In this document: positions 1-10,437 of the stretch, in pieces
How the letters are laid out: the number at the start of each line of letters is the position of its first letter
Position numbering within the stretch: position 1 is the stretch's first letter
Virus record (IMG/VR): IMGVR_UViG_3300027969_000053
From: an uncultured virus (IMG/VR IMGVR_UViG_3300027969_000053)
Taxonomy: Duplodnaviria > Heunggongvirae > Uroviricota > Caudoviricetes
Reading direction: 5' to 3' (one strand)
DNA length: 20,000 bases
The notes under the pieces: generated by a model
Database searches by the model: none
What the model saw: the letters and a program-made list of their open reading frames with translations, nothing else
What the model was told of the DNA's origin: nothing
Position numbers and translations under genes: made by a program

Positions 1-482
1 GTAGTTCATTTGATTTGTTTCACGCTGGGCACGTTACTATGCTTAAAATGGAAAAAGAATTATGCGATTACTTAAAAGTTGCACTTCAAGTTGATCCGAC
101 CGTAGATCGTCCTGGCATTAAAAATAAACCAGTACAATCTGCTTACGAACGTTATGTTCAACTTCAAGGATGCAAGTATGTTGATGAAATCCTTGTTTAT
201 GAAACAGAAGAAGATCTTCTTAATTTAATTCAATCCCAAACAATTCATATAAGATTTTTGAGTGAAGAATATAAAGATAGAGATTTTACTGGTAAGCAAT
301 ATTGTATTGATAATGGTATAGAATTATTCTTTCATTTAAGAAGGCACAAATATTCTTCAACTGAAATTAGAACTAGAGTTCATCATCTTGAAGAACAAAA
401 AAGAATAAAAAAATTAGAAGAAAATGTAATAGAACAATATTCCCCAGAAATTTTAGAAAAATATTCTTTTAAAGATAATTAA
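1..482 (+). CDS. Cytidylyltransferase-like protein (TagD/glycerol-3-phosphate cytidylyltransferase family), 5'-truncated by the window edge
   Basis: The frame is open from the window start and reads SSFDLFHAGHV (HxGH motif). It also has a KNKPVQSAYERY segment and a C-terminal YSSTEIR motif typical of the family. Confidence 0.85.
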   Translation, partial: SSFDLFHAGHVTMLKMEKELCDYLKVALQVDPTVDRPGIKNKPVQSAYERYVQLQGCKYVDEILVYETEEDLLNLIQSQTIHIRFLSEEYKDRDFTGKQYCIDNGIELFFHLRRHKYSSTEIRTRVHHLEEQKRIKKLEENVIEQYSPEILEKYSFKDN

Positions 483-484
483 CT

Positions 485-1405
485 ATGACAATTTTAGTGA
501 CTGGTGGGTGTGGATTTATTGGCAGTAATTTTATTCACCATTTAAAAAAGAGAACAAGTGAAAAAATCATTTGTATTGATAAAATGACTTATGCTGCTGA
601 TTATGGAAATATTTCAAATTTAGATATTGAATTATATCCACTTGATATTAATAATTCGGATTATGTATTTAAAGAAAATAAAATTAAAACCGTCTATCAT
701 TTTGCTGCGGAAAGTCACGTAGATAATTCAATTAAAAGTTGCTCCGAATTTATCAATACTAATATTAATGGAACAGTCAATCTTTTGAATCTTTCTATGA
801 AATATAATGTTGAGAAGTTTATTCATATTTCTACGGATGAAGTTTATGGTTCAATTGAACACGGTAAATTTACGGAGACAACAACATATAATCCAAGAAA
901 TCCATATTCAGCATCAAAAGCTGCAAGTGATCATTTTGTGATGGCTTACCATAATACTTACGGTCTTCCTGCTATCATTACAAATTGTTCAAATAACTAT
1001 GGACCAAGACAGCACGAAGAAAAATTAATTCCAAAGACAATTAAAAATTTAATGATGGGGAATAAAGTTCCTATCTATGGTGATGGGCAACAAATTCGTG
1101 ATTGGTTATATGTTCAAGACCATTGTGAGGCAATTTTAGTTGTGGCAGAAAAAGGAAAGTTTGGTGAAAAATATAATATTGGTGGAGAATGTGAAGTCAA
1201 AAATCTTGATTTGATAAAAAATATTCTTAATATTATGAAAAAAGACGAAGATATGATAGAATATGTGAAGGACCGTCCAGGGCACGACCGTAGATATTCA
1301 ACTGATATTACTAAAATACAAACTGAACTTGGTTGGTCTCCTAGATTTAATTTAGAACAAGGATTGGAAAAAACCATTGAATGGTATAAAAGTCATTTAC
1401 AATAA
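485..1405 (+). CDS. rfbB: dTDP-glucose 4,6-dehydratase
   Basis: GGCGFIGSNF NAD-binding motif, HFAAESHVDNS, HISTDEVYG, YSASKAASD, NNYGP, RDWLYVQDH, DRPGHDRRY. Confidence 0.93.
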   Translation: MTILVTGGCGFIGSNFIHHLKKRTSEKIICIDKMTYAADYGNISNLDIELYPLDINNSDYVFKENKIKTVYHFAAESHVDNSIKSCSEFINTNINGTVNLLNLSMKYNVEKFIHISTDEVYGSIEHGKFTETTTYNPRNPYSASKAASDHFVMAYHNTYGLPAIITNCSNNYGPRQHEEKLIPKTIKNLMMGNKVPIYGDGQQIRDWLYVQDHCEAILVVAEKGKFGEKYNIGGECEVKNLDLIKNILNIMKKDEDMIEYVKDRPGHDRRYSTDITKIQTELGWSPRFNLEQGLEKTIEWYKSHLQ

Positions 1406-1424
1406 AGGCATTTTAAACTAAAAT
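1396..1424 (+). promoter_or_regulatory. Putative sigma70-type promoter
   Basis: TTTACA (1396-1401), 17 nt spacer, TAAAAT (1419-1424), at the only sizeable intergenic gap of the island, upstream of the 1454 ORF. Confidence 0.45.
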
Positions 1425-1453
1425 ACATAGTACATACACTAATAAGTTAATTT

Positions 1454-2500
1454 ATGAGTCAATATAAAAAAACTGCACTTGTTCTTGGTGCGGGTGGCTT
1501 TATTGGAAGTCATATGGTAAAACGATTGAGATCCGAAGGATATTGGGTCACCGGAGTAGATGTTAAACTCCCAGAATATTCTAAAAGTGAAGCAAATGAA
1601 TTCATCCTTGGAGATTTGACAAATCAATTATTTACTGATAAAGTAATAATGTTTAAAGGATATCAACAAAACTTTTATAAATTTGTCCCATCCAAATACA
1701 TATCAGCATTTGATGAAATATATCAATTTGCCGCTGATATGGGAGGTGCTGGATATATTTTTACTGGAGAAAACGATGCTGATGTGATGAACAATTCTTG
1801 TTCTATCAATTTGAATATTCTTCGCTCGGTTAAAAATTTAAATGACAATCTTGGCGTGAATAAAACAAAAATATTTTATTCGTCATCAGCGTGTATGTAT
1901 CCAGAGCACAATCAATTAGATCCTAATAATCCAAACTGCCGTGAAGAATCTGCTTATCCCGCTAGCCCAGACTCTGAATATGGATGGGAAAAACTTTTTT
2001 CAGAACGTCTTTACTTTGCGTACAATAGGAATTATAATATACCTGTGCGTGTATGTCGCTACCATAACATCTTTGGCCCCGAAGGGACCTGGAAAGGCGG
2101 AAAAGAAAAATCCCCAGCAGCAATTTGTCGCAAAGTAGCAGAACTTCCTGATCTTGGTGGATCCATTGAAGTTTGGGGTGATGGGGAGCAAACTCGTTCG
2201 TTCCTTTATATCAATGAATGTATTGAAGCGACACGAAGATTGATGGAATCTGATTTTATGGGACCAGTCAATATTGGATCTGAAGAGATGGTAACAATCA
2301 ATCAACTTGTGGATATTACTGCTAAAGTTTCCAGCAAAACAGTACAGAAAAGATATAAATTGGATGCTCCCCTTGGTGTCCGTGGTCGTAATTCTAATAA
2401 TGACTTAATTCGTAAAGAACTCGGTTGGGATTATAGTATGACTTTAGAAGAGGGTATTACAAAAACTTACAAATGGATTGAGGAACAATTAAATGGTTGA
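1454..2500 (+). CDS. NAD-dependent epimerase, GDP-mannose 3',5'-epimerase-like
   Basis: GAGGFIGSH, FAADMGGAGYI, YSSSACMYP, YGWEK, RYHNIFGPEGTWKGGKEKSPAAICRK, GVRGRNSNN; these match GME-family motifs. Confidence 0.85.
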   Translation: MSQYKKTALVLGAGGFIGSHMVKRLRSEGYWVTGVDVKLPEYSKSEANEFILGDLTNQLFTDKVIMFKGYQQNFYKFVPSKYISAFDEIYQFAADMGGAGYIFTGENDADVMNNSCSINLNILRSVKNLNDNLGVNKTKIFYSSSACMYPEHNQLDPNNPNCREESAYPASPDSEYGWEKLFSERLYFAYNRNYNIPVRVCRYHNIFGPEGTWKGGKEKSPAAICRKVAELPDLGGSIEVWGDGEQTRSFLYINECIEATRRLMESDFMGPVNIGSEEMVTINQLVDITAKVSSKTVQKRYKLDAPLGVRGRNSNNDLIRKELGWDYSMTLEEGITKTYKWIEEQLNG

Positions 2501-3146
2501 AAATTTTTCTTGGAGTGATAATAGAAGAGAAGATTGGAGAGATTATGTCCGTTCTTTGGAAAATGATAATATAAGTGAAATTCTTGGAGCAATTCCATCA
2601 GGATGGAATGTACCACCAAAAAGTCATAATGAATTTGTGATTTGGTTGATGAATAGAATTGATCCAAAATTAACTGTAGAACTTGGAGTTGATTGGGGAT
2701 ATTCATCTTTTATGCTTGCTTTGAATACAAAAAATGAGGTTGTTGGTATTGATTGTTTTGATATTTCAAAACATAGTTTAAGAAAAGATGATGACTATCA
2801 ATTTGTTATGGACATAAAAGAAAAACTAAAACTTGATAACTTAGAAATTATTAAAGGATATTTTGACGATGTAGCAAAAACTTGGAATAAAGAAATCAAT
2901 CTTCTTCATATTGATGGTCTTCACGATTATAATAATTGTAAAAATGATTGCGATACCTGGGCGCCATTTTTGGAAGAAAGAGGTGTAGTATTATTCCACG
3001 ATACTATTTCAAATCCAGATGGAGTTGGACTTTTCTTTTCTCAACTTGAACTTCCAAAAGTGAATTTTACCAATTCTTGTGGATTGGGTGTTGCTTCAAA
3101 TGATGTTAAATTGATTGAAGAAATTAAACAAGTTTTTAAACTATGA
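2493..3146 (+). CDS. Class I SAM-dependent methyltransferase (Methyltransf_24-like)
   Basis: VELGVDWGYSS, GIDCF, LLHIDGLHDY, GVVLFHD motifs. Confidence 0.8.
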   Translation: MVENFSWSDNRREDWRDYVRSLENDNISEILGAIPSGWNVPPKSHNEFVIWLMNRIDPKLTVELGVDWGYSSFMLALNTKNEVVGIDCFDISKHSLRKDDDYQFVMDIKEKLKLDNLEIIKGYFDDVAKTWNKEINLLHIDGLHDYNNCKNDCDTWAPFLEERGVVLFHDTISNPDGVGLFFSQLELPKVNFTNSCGLGVASNDVKLIEEIKQVFKL

Positions 3147-3679
3147 TTAAACTTATAATCCTTGATGTGGATGGTGTTCTTACTGATGGCACCAAATATT
3201 ATGATCATGATGGGAAAGTAGTTCTTAAACTTTTCTGTGATAAGGATTGGACTGCAATTAAAAGGTTTCGTGCTATTGGAATTCCAGTTGTTTTTATAAC
3301 TGGCGATCCTTATAATGAGATCATTCTTAAGAATAGAAATCTCCCTGTTGTAGTGAATCGTGGCGAAGGATTTCATAAAGACAAAGTAAATTATCTTGCA
3401 GAAGTTCTTGATGATTACAATTGTCTTGTAGAAGAAGTTGTTTATCTTGGAGATGATCTTTTTGATTATGGTATAATGAGAGAGGTTGGATATCCTTATT
3501 GTGTGTTAAATTCACCAAGAACTCTTCAAGACATTTCTGTAGTTCTTCACTGTAATGGTGGAGAAAATGCAGTGATGTGTTTGTTTGAATATCTGGAGGA
3601 TAGAGAATTGATTCCGGTTGTTCCTTATGATGAGGTAATGTCTAAAATTTATGAACTTGACTTGAAGGAAAACTTTTAA
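3143..3679 (+). CDS. HAD-family phosphatase, KdsC/YrbI-like
   Basis: LDVDGVLTDG (motif I), ITG (motif II), K (motif III), YLGDDLFD (motif IV), GGENAV. Confidence 0.82.
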   Translation: MIKLIILDVDGVLTDGTKYYDHDGKVVLKLFCDKDWTAIKRFRAIGIPVVFITGDPYNEIILKNRNLPVVVNRGEGFHKDKVNYLAEVLDDYNCLVEEVVYLGDDLFDYGIMREVGYPYCVLNSPRTLQDISVVLHCNGGENAVMCLFEYLEDRELIPVVPYDEVMSKIYELDLKENF

Positions 3680-4350
3680 TGAAAGACATTTCTCTTTATG
3701 GGCATCTGACTATTGATACGATTCTTGACGGTAATTCTGAAAAGAAAAGTTTAGGATCAATGGCAAATGTTTGGAGATCTTTACTTGAGATTGATTCAAC
3801 ATTAAATATTGGACTTTCTCCAATTGATGTTGGTCAAGCACTTGTTTATATTGATAAACTTTCAGCACAAAGGTATTCAAAAGCAAATTTAAATCTAGTT
3901 CAACACAAAGTAAAAATCTTCGAATCAAAAGTTCACCATCTAATTTATCTCAATGAAATGTCTATTCATGATTTTATTCCAAAACTGAATGGTATTATCA
4001 CTGCAGATATATGTTCTGGAAAATCATTGAATAAAGATTTACTTAAGGGTGTAGATTATCTTTTTATTTCTGATGAAGATATTGATGGCAATCTTTCAGA
4101 TTACGTGAATACAATAAAGGGGTATGTGATACTTCATAGTTCATCAGGAAGCATTGTATCAAATGGAAAAGATGAGTTTTTCTATAAACTGCCTAAAGAT
4201 TTAATACTGAAAGGTGTTAATGTTCTTGGTGCTGGTGATACATTTGCGTCTTGTTTCTTATATAAATTACTAAGGAATGAAGGAAGCATCCACAACTGGA
4301 TCGAATTTGCTCATTTAAAGACAACTGAAATTATTAGGAATTCGATATGA
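3679..4350 (+). CDS. PfkB/ribokinase-family carbohydrate kinase (short)
   Basis: N-terminal GHLTIDTI...LGS and C-terminal NVLGAGDTFAS PfkB signature. Confidence 0.75.
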   Translation: MKDISLYGHLTIDTILDGNSEKKSLGSMANVWRSLLEIDSTLNIGLSPIDVGQALVYIDKLSAQRYSKANLNLVQHKVKIFESKVHHLIYLNEMSIHDFIPKLNGIITADICSGKSLNKDLLKGVDYLFISDEDIDGNLSDYVNTIKGYVILHSSSGSIVSNGKDEFFYKLPKDLILKGVNVLGAGDTFASCFLYKLLRNEGSIHNWIEFAHLKTTEIIRNSI

Positions 4351-5504
4351 AACCAAATATTCTTGTTCCGATGGCGGGACTTGGTAGTAGATTTATTAAA
4401 GAAGGATTTAAAGTACCAAAGCAGTTAATTAATATCAAAGACAAACATCTAATTGATATTTCGCTTGATTGTTTGAACTATGAAGATTGTAATCTAATCT
4501 TCGTGGTTAGGGATGAAACTGTTTATAATTTTCATATTGATGAACTCCTAAAGAAAAAGTTTGGTGAAGATATCAAGATTGTTATTATTGATAAACTTAC
4601 TGATGGATCTGTGAGCAGTTGTCTGTATGCAGAAGAATATATTGATAATGATGCGCCTCTTGTAATTCATACTCTAGATATTGAATTCCGTCCAGTATTT
4701 GATCCGCATACTATTAATAACTTGAATGCAGATGGACTCCTTTTGACATTTAAATCAAATTCTGCAAATTATAGTTATGCTGATGTTAATGAAGATGGAT
4801 ATGTAAAAAGAACTGCTGAAAAGAAAGCAATTAGTTCTAATGCCTGTGTTGGTATCTATGGATTCAAAAAAGGATCCGACTTCTGCAAGTATGCAAAGGA
4901 AATGATCGAAAGAGATATTAGAACTAATAATGAGTTTTATATTGCACCTTTGTATAATCTTCTTATTGATGATTGTAAGAAAATCGTTACTTCGGATGTA
5001 GATAAAATGCATGTATTTGGAACTCCTGATGAGTTTCATTTCTACAAAGAAAATGTCATTCGTAAGGTTGGTGATAAACCAATTGCTATTTGCTCAGACC
5101 ATTCTGGATTTGAATCAAAGGAAAAGTTTAAACATATTCTAGAAAAACACAATCTTGAGTATATTGATTTTGGAACTATCTTGAATAAGGATTGTGATTA
5201 TAGTGATTATATTGCACAAGCAGTTAAAGCAATTGCTGAGCGTGATTGTGATTATGGATTTGGTTTCTGTAGAACAGGTCAAGGTGTGAATATTTGTGCT
5301 AACAAATACAAAGGTATTCGTTCAGCACTTATCTATGATGATTTCTCTATGGAGATGGCAATCCGACATAATTGTGCTAACTTTTTTGCAATTCCTGCAA
5401 AAGATTATACTATCGAAAAAATGGATAAGTATTTGGAAATCTGTTCTACTCATAACTTTGATGGCGGTCGTCATCAGGTTCGTATTCAGGAATTAGAAAA
5501 ATGA
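4347..5504 (+). CDS. Fusion of a sugar-phosphate nucleotidyltransferase-like domain and a RpiB/LacAB sugar-phosphate isomerase domain
   Basis: N-terminal PMAGLGSRF...PKQLI, EKKAIS, NNEFYIAPLYN, FGTPDE. C-terminal SDHSG, DFG, DY, CRTGQG, ANKYKGIRSA, HNCAN, FDGGRHQVRI (RpiB). One continuous frame. Confidence 0.85.
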   Translation: MKPNILVPMAGLGSRFIKEGFKVPKQLINIKDKHLIDISLDCLNYEDCNLIFVVRDETVYNFHIDELLKKKFGEDIKIVIIDKLTDGSVSSCLYAEEYIDNDAPLVIHTLDIEFRPVFDPHTINNLNADGLLLTFKSNSANYSYADVNEDGYVKRTAEKKAISSNACVGIYGFKKGSDFCKYAKEMIERDIRTNNEFYIAPLYNLLIDDCKKIVTSDVDKMHVFGTPDEFHFYKENVIRKVGDKPIAICSDHSGFESKEKFKHILEKHNLEYIDFGTILNKDCDYSDYIAQAVKAIAERDCDYGFGFCRTGQGVNICANKYKGIRSALIYDDFSMEMAIRHNCANFFAIPAKDYTIEKMDKYLEICSTHNFDGGRHQVRIQELEK

Positions 5505-5821
5505 TTCAAGCAAATATTGTTGACTTTAAAGCAGGATGGTTTGTTGGGGACTTTGAACCATCTATTTTTAAGAATCCATTTTTTGAAGTTGCACACCATT
5601 CTCACACAAAAGGTCAACAAACTTTTCCTCATTACCATGCAGTCACTAATGAACTTAACTACATTGTAAAAGGTGAACTAATAGTATCTGGAAAGCATTT
5701 GAATGCAGGTAATATGTGGATCTATGAACCAAAGGAAATTTCTGATGTTGAGTTCTTGAGTGATGTTGATCTTATAGTAGTGAGATGGCCGTCTATTCCT
5801 TCGGATAAGTATATGGTATGA
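5501..5821 (+). CDS. Small cupin-fold protein
   Basis: GWFVGDFEP, HYH...ELNYIVKG cupin-like metal motif; ATGA-coupled to both neighbours. Confidence 0.65.
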   Translation: MIQANIVDFKAGWFVGDFEPSIFKNPFFEVAHHSHTKGQQTFPHYHAVTNELNYIVKGELIVSGKHLNAGNMWIYEPKEISDVEFLSDVDLIVVRWPSIPSDKYMV

Positions 5822-6285
5822 AACTGATAGCACATAGAGGTAATATTGTAGGACCTAATCCTCTAGAGGAGAATAAACTAGAATACATTGAAGCAGCAAT
5901 TGCAGGTGGATATGATGTTGAGATTGATGTAAGATGGGAAGATCATCAGTTTTATTTGGGACATGATGGACCACAATATTATGTCCCTATGACTTGGTTA
6001 GTTAAAAGAAAAGATAAACTTTGGATTCATTGTAAAGATTTTAAATCTTTGAATATTTTTTCTAATAGTCCAATAGATTTTAACTTTTTTTGGCATGAAA
6101 ACGATAAGTATACTTTGACTAGTAAAGGTTATATTTGGACTTATCCTGGGCAATTATTTGAAAATAATTCTGTTATTGTAATGCCAGAAGTATTCGACTT
6201 GCAAAATATTCAAGATAATGGTACAATAGCATACAGCAAAAAATCTTTTGCTGTATGTAGTGACTATGTGGAAAAATTTAAATGA
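5818..6285 (+). CDS. Glycerophosphodiester phosphodiesterase (GDPD)-like short protein
   Basis: LIAHRGN, EN, VEIDV, LGHD, WIHCK, VCSDY motifs. Confidence 0.7.
   Translation: MKLIAHRGNIVGPNPLEENKLEYIEAAIAGGYDVEIDVRWEDHQFYLGHDGPQYYVPMTWLVKRKDKLWIHCKDFKSLNIFSNSPIDFNFFWHENDKYTLTSKGYIWTYPGQLFENNSVIVMPEVFDLQNIQDNGTIAYSKKSFAVCSDYVEKFK
6199..6227 (+). promoter_or_regulatory. Possible internal sigma70-type promoter
   Basis: TTGCAA (6199-6204), 17 nt spacer, extended -10 TGgTACAAT (6219-6227), about 55 nt upstream of the 6282 ORF. Confidence 0.35.
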
Positions 6286-6893
6286 CATCTACGATTTCCC
6301 CAGTATTTAAAGAATTAAAACAATATGATAAAATTAATGTTATAGATGTTGGATCTGCAAGAGCATCTTTTTTGGTAGAATTGGAAAAATCCTTTGATCT
6401 AAAAAATGTTTATTCTATAGGAATTGATCCAATTGATTATGGAGTAGAATCTCATTATGATAAGTTTTATCGTGTTTGTCTGGATGACGTTAAAACTCCT
6501 CAAAAGCAAATATTTTATAACGATGATCAATCCTCTTCGCTGCTTTCTTCCAAAGGTGAAAAAATGGGCTTGGTTGACATTTTAAATATCAATAGCATTA
6601 TCGATGTTGATATACCAGAAAATATTATACATTTTATTAAAATAGATGCAGAAGGAAAGGATTTGTCTATTGTAAAATCTTTATCAAAACAAAATTTAAA
6701 TAGAACAAAATTTATTGCAATAGAATGTCCAAATAAAATTCCAAGATATGATGGCGAATATATTAAAAAAGATTGTATTGAATATTTTAATTCTATAAAT
6801 TTTGAATTTTTTTATGAATACGATACTAATATTGAATCTTGGAACAAATCAGATTTGAGTGATGTCGTTTTTATAAACAAACGAGAATTATGA
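6282..6893 (+). CDS. FkbM-like methyltransferase
   Basis: VIDVGSA, GIDP, SSSLL, FIKIDAEGKDLSIVKS, FIAIE. Confidence 0.7.
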   Translation: MTSTISPVFKELKQYDKINVIDVGSARASFLVELEKSFDLKNVYSIGIDPIDYGVESHYDKFYRVCLDDVKTPQKQIFYNDDQSSSLLSSKGEKMGLVDILNINSIIDVDIPENIIHFIKIDAEGKDLSIVKSLSKQNLNRTKFIAIECPNKIPRYDGEYIKKDCIEYFNSINFEFFYEYDTNIESWNKSDLSDVVFINKREL

Positions 6894-7630
6894 AAGTAGC
6901 ATTATGTTTATCCGGTCAACCAAGAGTAGTTGACATTGGGTTTCAAAAACTAAGCCAATCAATTCTTCAGCACAATGATGTTGATGTGTTTATTCATACT
7001 TGGTTTGATCCTGAAAATCTTAGTACAAATTCTGTCATTCCTGGCAGAGAATCTCATAGGTTAGATCCTCAAGCAATTGATAAATTGATTCATTATTATC
7101 AACCAAAACGCATTATGGTTGAAAAACCAAAAAAGTGGTCAAAAAGATATGAGTTTCCTGATAAGGTTTTTACACATTCGCATACTTGGGCACTTGAAGT
7201 TCCTGTAGGATTGGAAGCGGCAAAAGATTATATTTGTGATACTACAAATAGTATGTTTTATAGTATTATGATGTCAAATCTTTTGAAGGAGCAATATTCA
7301 ACAGAAATCGGAATTGAATATGATTTAGTAATTCGAAATAGAATTGACTATTCTCCTCATGTAGTGCTAAAATTGAATGAGATTCCAATAGATGATTGTA
7401 CACTAATATATCAAGATCTATATCAACCTGATGGTATGATTAGTGATTGGTTTGGTATGGGATCAACAAACACTATGAATGTTTTTTGTGGCGTATATAA
7501 TCAAATAGGTCATCTCATCCGACAATCAAATGAAGTTGATGGATATTGGTGCAATGAACTTCTTCTTAAACATCATATCAAAAATAATAAAATTAAAACA
7601 AATCCTATAGACTATCAAGTTCACTATTAA
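6890..7630 (+). CDS. Hypothetical protein, probable glycan-modifying enzyme or glycosyltransferase
   Basis: [40 protein letters not shown]; a pattern recurrent in viral glycan islands. Confidence 0.55.
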   Translation: MKVALCLSGQPRVVDIGFQKLSQSILQHNDVDVFIHTWFDPENLSTNSVIPGRESHRLDPQAIDKLIHYYQPKRIMVEKPKKWSKRYEFPDKVFTHSHTWALEVPVGLEAAKDYICDTTNSMFYSIMMSNLLKEQYSTEIGIEYDLVIRNRIDYSPHVVLKLNEIPIDDCTLIYQDLYQPDGMISDWFGMGSTNTMNVFCGVYNQIGHLIRQSNEVDGYWCNELLLKHHIKNNKIKTNPIDYQVHY

Positions 7631-7631
7631 C

Positions 7632-8657
7632 ATGAAGAAAGCACTTATTACTGGCATTACTGGTCAAGATGGATCATATCTTGCGGATTTACTTTTGAGC
7701 AAAGGATATGAAGTTCATGGAATTATTCGTAGAAATTCAACATCAGATTGTACTGATAGAATTAATTATCTTTTAGGAAATCCCAAAATCACTTTACATT
7801 ACGGAGATCTAACTGATTTCTCAAATATTACATCTATCATTCAAGAAACTCGTCCTGATGAGATCTATAATCTTGCAGCACAAAGTCATGTAAAAGTATC
7901 TTTTTCCAATGCACTTTATACTGCTGATGTAGATGCTTTAGGTGTTTGTCGTATTCTTGAAGCACTACGAATTCTTGGCATGATTAATACGACCAAGTTT
8001 TATCAGGCAAGCACTTCAGAAATGTATGGTCTTGTTCAAGAAATTCCTCAACGTGAAGGTACAAAATTTCATCCAAGATCTCCTTATGGTGTGGCAAAAC
8101 TTTATGCTTATTGGATTACTAAAAACTATCGTGAAGCATATGGTTTGTTTGGATGTAACGGAATTCTTTTTAATCATGAAAGTCCTCGTCGCGGAGAAAC
8201 TTTTGTGACTCGTAAGATTACTAAAACTCTTGCAGAGATCAAGAATGGTAAACGTAGTCTACCATTAGAACTTGGTAATATAGACGCAAAACGTGATTGG
8301 GGTCATGCAAAAGATTATGTGGAGGCAATGTGGTTAATACTTCAACGTAATAAACCAGATGATTATGTTGTTGCAATGGGTGAACAGCATTCTGTTCGTG
8401 AATTTGTTGAGATTGCCTGTGAACATTTTGGATTTGATATTGAATGGAAAGGAGAGGGAATAGAGGAGGTGGCAGTCTTTAGAAATACAAATAATGTTCT
8501 TATAAAAATTAATTCAGAATTTTATCGTCCTGCTGAAGTTGATTCTCTTGTTGGTGATTCTAGTTATACTAAAAGCAGAATTGGTTGGATTCCCAGATAC
8601 TCTTTTTCTGATCTTGTAACGGAAATGTGCGATAGTGATTTGGAGGCAACAAAGTGA
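7632..8657 (+). CDS. gmd: GDP-mannose 4,6-dehydratase
   Basis: [81 protein letters not shown]. Confidence 0.96.
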   Translation: MKKALITGITGQDGSYLADLLLSKGYEVHGIIRRNSTSDCTDRINYLLGNPKITLHYGDLTDFSNITSIIQETRPDEIYNLAAQSHVKVSFSNALYTADVDALGVCRILEALRILGMINTTKFYQASTSEMYGLVQEIPQREGTKFHPRSPYGVAKLYAYWITKNYREAYGLFGCNGILFNHESPRRGETFVTRKITKTLAEIKNGKRSLPLELGNIDAKRDWGHAKDYVEAMWLILQRNKPDDYVVAMGEQHSVREFVEIACEHFGFDIEWKGEGIEEVAVFRNTNNVLIKINSEFYRPAEVDSLVGDSSYTKSRIGWIPRYSFSDLVTEMCDSDLEATK

Positions 8658-9583
8658 AGAAAAGGATTGTATTTTGGGTAGAAAATAAACCATATCAAAC
8701 TTTTTCTTACATCTATGCTGGAATGAAAAAAGCATTTGAAAGATTGGGTTGTGAAACATATTGGTTTAGTGATTCTAATTATCCTTCAAAATTGGAGTTT
8801 GATTACTCGGATTGTATTTTTTTTGTAGATAATCAAGGTCCACTTGATTGGAATGTTCCTATTATTGATAGTGGAATTTATTTTTCTTATGATAAATTTA
8901 CAAATCTGGATAAGTATCTTGATAAGGTCAAGTGTCTTGTGAATTATCGAGTTGCTGAATTCAAAAAACCAATTCCGGATAATGATAGGTATATTGAAGT
9001 TGAAAAAGGAGTTACTTTTGATACTCAAGCACCAGAACCTTATAATGTTGTTTATTTTAGTTGGGCAACTAATTTGCTTCCTGATGAAATTGATTTTGAT
9101 TGGGCCAATAAACAGAGAAATGATGAATATAATTTTGTTGGTACTATTCATTCTCCCCGTCCAAATTCCAAACCCCTTCATCAAGATTTTATTGATATTG
9201 TAAAAAATAAAAATATTACATTCAATCATTATAATCCTAATATTAATCCTGCAACTGATCAGGAACATATTGAGATTCTTCAAAAATCGATGTTTGTTCC
9301 AGATTTTAGACCACAAGAACAAAAAGATAATTGGTATGTTTCATGTCGTGTTTTGAAGGCAATTAGTTATGGTTGTCTTACTGTTTCGGATTCTTCTTAT
9401 CTTAAACACTTTATTGATGATAGTCTTTTGGTTTCTGAAAATGCTCAAGAAATATTTGATCTTGGAATGAGAAATCAGTATAATAAAGATTTAATTGTAC
9501 ATCAAATGGAAATTATAAAAAGAGATCATACTTATTTAAATAGGTGCAAAGGTATTCTTCAAATCGTAGAAAATATAAAATGA
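8654..9583 (+). CDS. Putative glycosyltransferase (GT-B, CgeB/Glyco_trans_1_2-like)
   Basis: GTG start in a GTGA overlap; [25 protein letters not shown]-terminal pattern. Confidence 0.55.
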   Translation: MKKRIVFWVENKPYQTFSYIYAGMKKAFERLGCETYWFSDSNYPSKLEFDYSDCIFFVDNQGPLDWNVPIIDSGIYFSYDKFTNLDKYLDKVKCLVNYRVAEFKKPIPDNDRYIEVEKGVTFDTQAPEPYNVVYFSWATNLLPDEIDFDWANKQRNDEYNFVGTIHSPRPNSKPLHQDFIDIVKNKNITFNHYNPNINPATDQEHIEILQKSMFVPDFRPQEQKDNWYVSCRVLKAISYGCLTVSDSSYLKHFIDDSLLVSENAQEIFDLGMRNQYNKDLIVHQMEIIKRDHTYLNRCKGILQIVENIK

Positions 9584-10437
9584 AAATTACAATTTTAGGT
9601 TCCAGTGGACAGATCGGTGCCTATCTTACCGAGTATCTGCGTAAAAAAGGACATGTAGTTGAAGAGTTTGATGTAGTTAATGGACCTTCACAGGATATGA
9701 CCGTAATTCCTAATCAATATCTTGAAATAAAAATTAGAGATTCTGATTTTGTATTCTTCCTTGCATTTGATGTGGGTGGATCACGTTATCTTAAAAAGTA
9801 TCAACATACTTTCCAGTTCATTGATAATAATACTCGTTTGATGGCAAATGCTTTTGGATTTCTTCAAAAGTATAATAAGAGGTTCATCTTTGCCTCATCT
9901 CAGATGAGTAACATGAGTTATTCTCCTTATGGAGTTCTCAAGAACGTTGGTGAACTGTATACCAAATCACTTAAAGGACTGATCGTTAAGTTTTGGAATG
10001 TTTATGGTATTGAGAAAGATCAAGAAAAAGCACACGTCATCACAGACTTTATTCGTAAAGGATTTGAGACTGGTTTGATTGATATGCTTACTGATGGCGA
10101 AGAGGAACGTGAGTTTCTTTATGCTGAAGATTGTTGTGAAGCACTTGAAACCATTATGGAGAATTATACTGACTTTACCTCAGAAGATAATCTTCATATT
10201 ACTAGTTACCATCCAACTAAGATTATTGATATTGCAAATATGATTATTGGGCAATTTAATTTGATTGGTAAGTATGATATAAAACTTCAACCATCTACCG
10301 AAAAAGATAGTGTTCAGATGGATAAAAAGAATCGTCCAGATTTATATCTTTCTAAGTGGTGGATTCCCAAAACAACAATAGATCAAGGAATTTCAAAAGT
10401 TTTTAAAAGTATGGAGAAAAATTATGTTAGCGTGTAA
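9580..10437 (+). CDS. NAD-dependent epimerase/dehydratase (extended SDR)
   Basis: Likely start is ATG 9580 (ATGA overlap). GSSGQIG, FLAFDVGGSRY, ASSQM, YGVLK (YxxxK), NVYG, REFLYAED. Confidence 0.85.
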   Translation: MKITILGSSGQIGAYLTEYLRKKGHVVEEFDVVNGPSQDMTVIPNQYLEIKIRDSDFVFFLAFDVGGSRYLKKYQHTFQFIDNNTRLMANAFGFLQKYNKRFIFASSQMSNMSYSPYGVLKNVGELYTKSLKGLIVKFWNVYGIEKDQEKAHVITDFIRKGFETGLIDMLTDGEEEREFLYAEDCCEALETIMENYTDFTSEDNLHITSYHPTKIIDIANMIIGQFNLIGKYDIKLQPSTEKDSVQMDKKNRPDLYLSKWWIPKTTIDQGISKVFKSMEKNYVSV

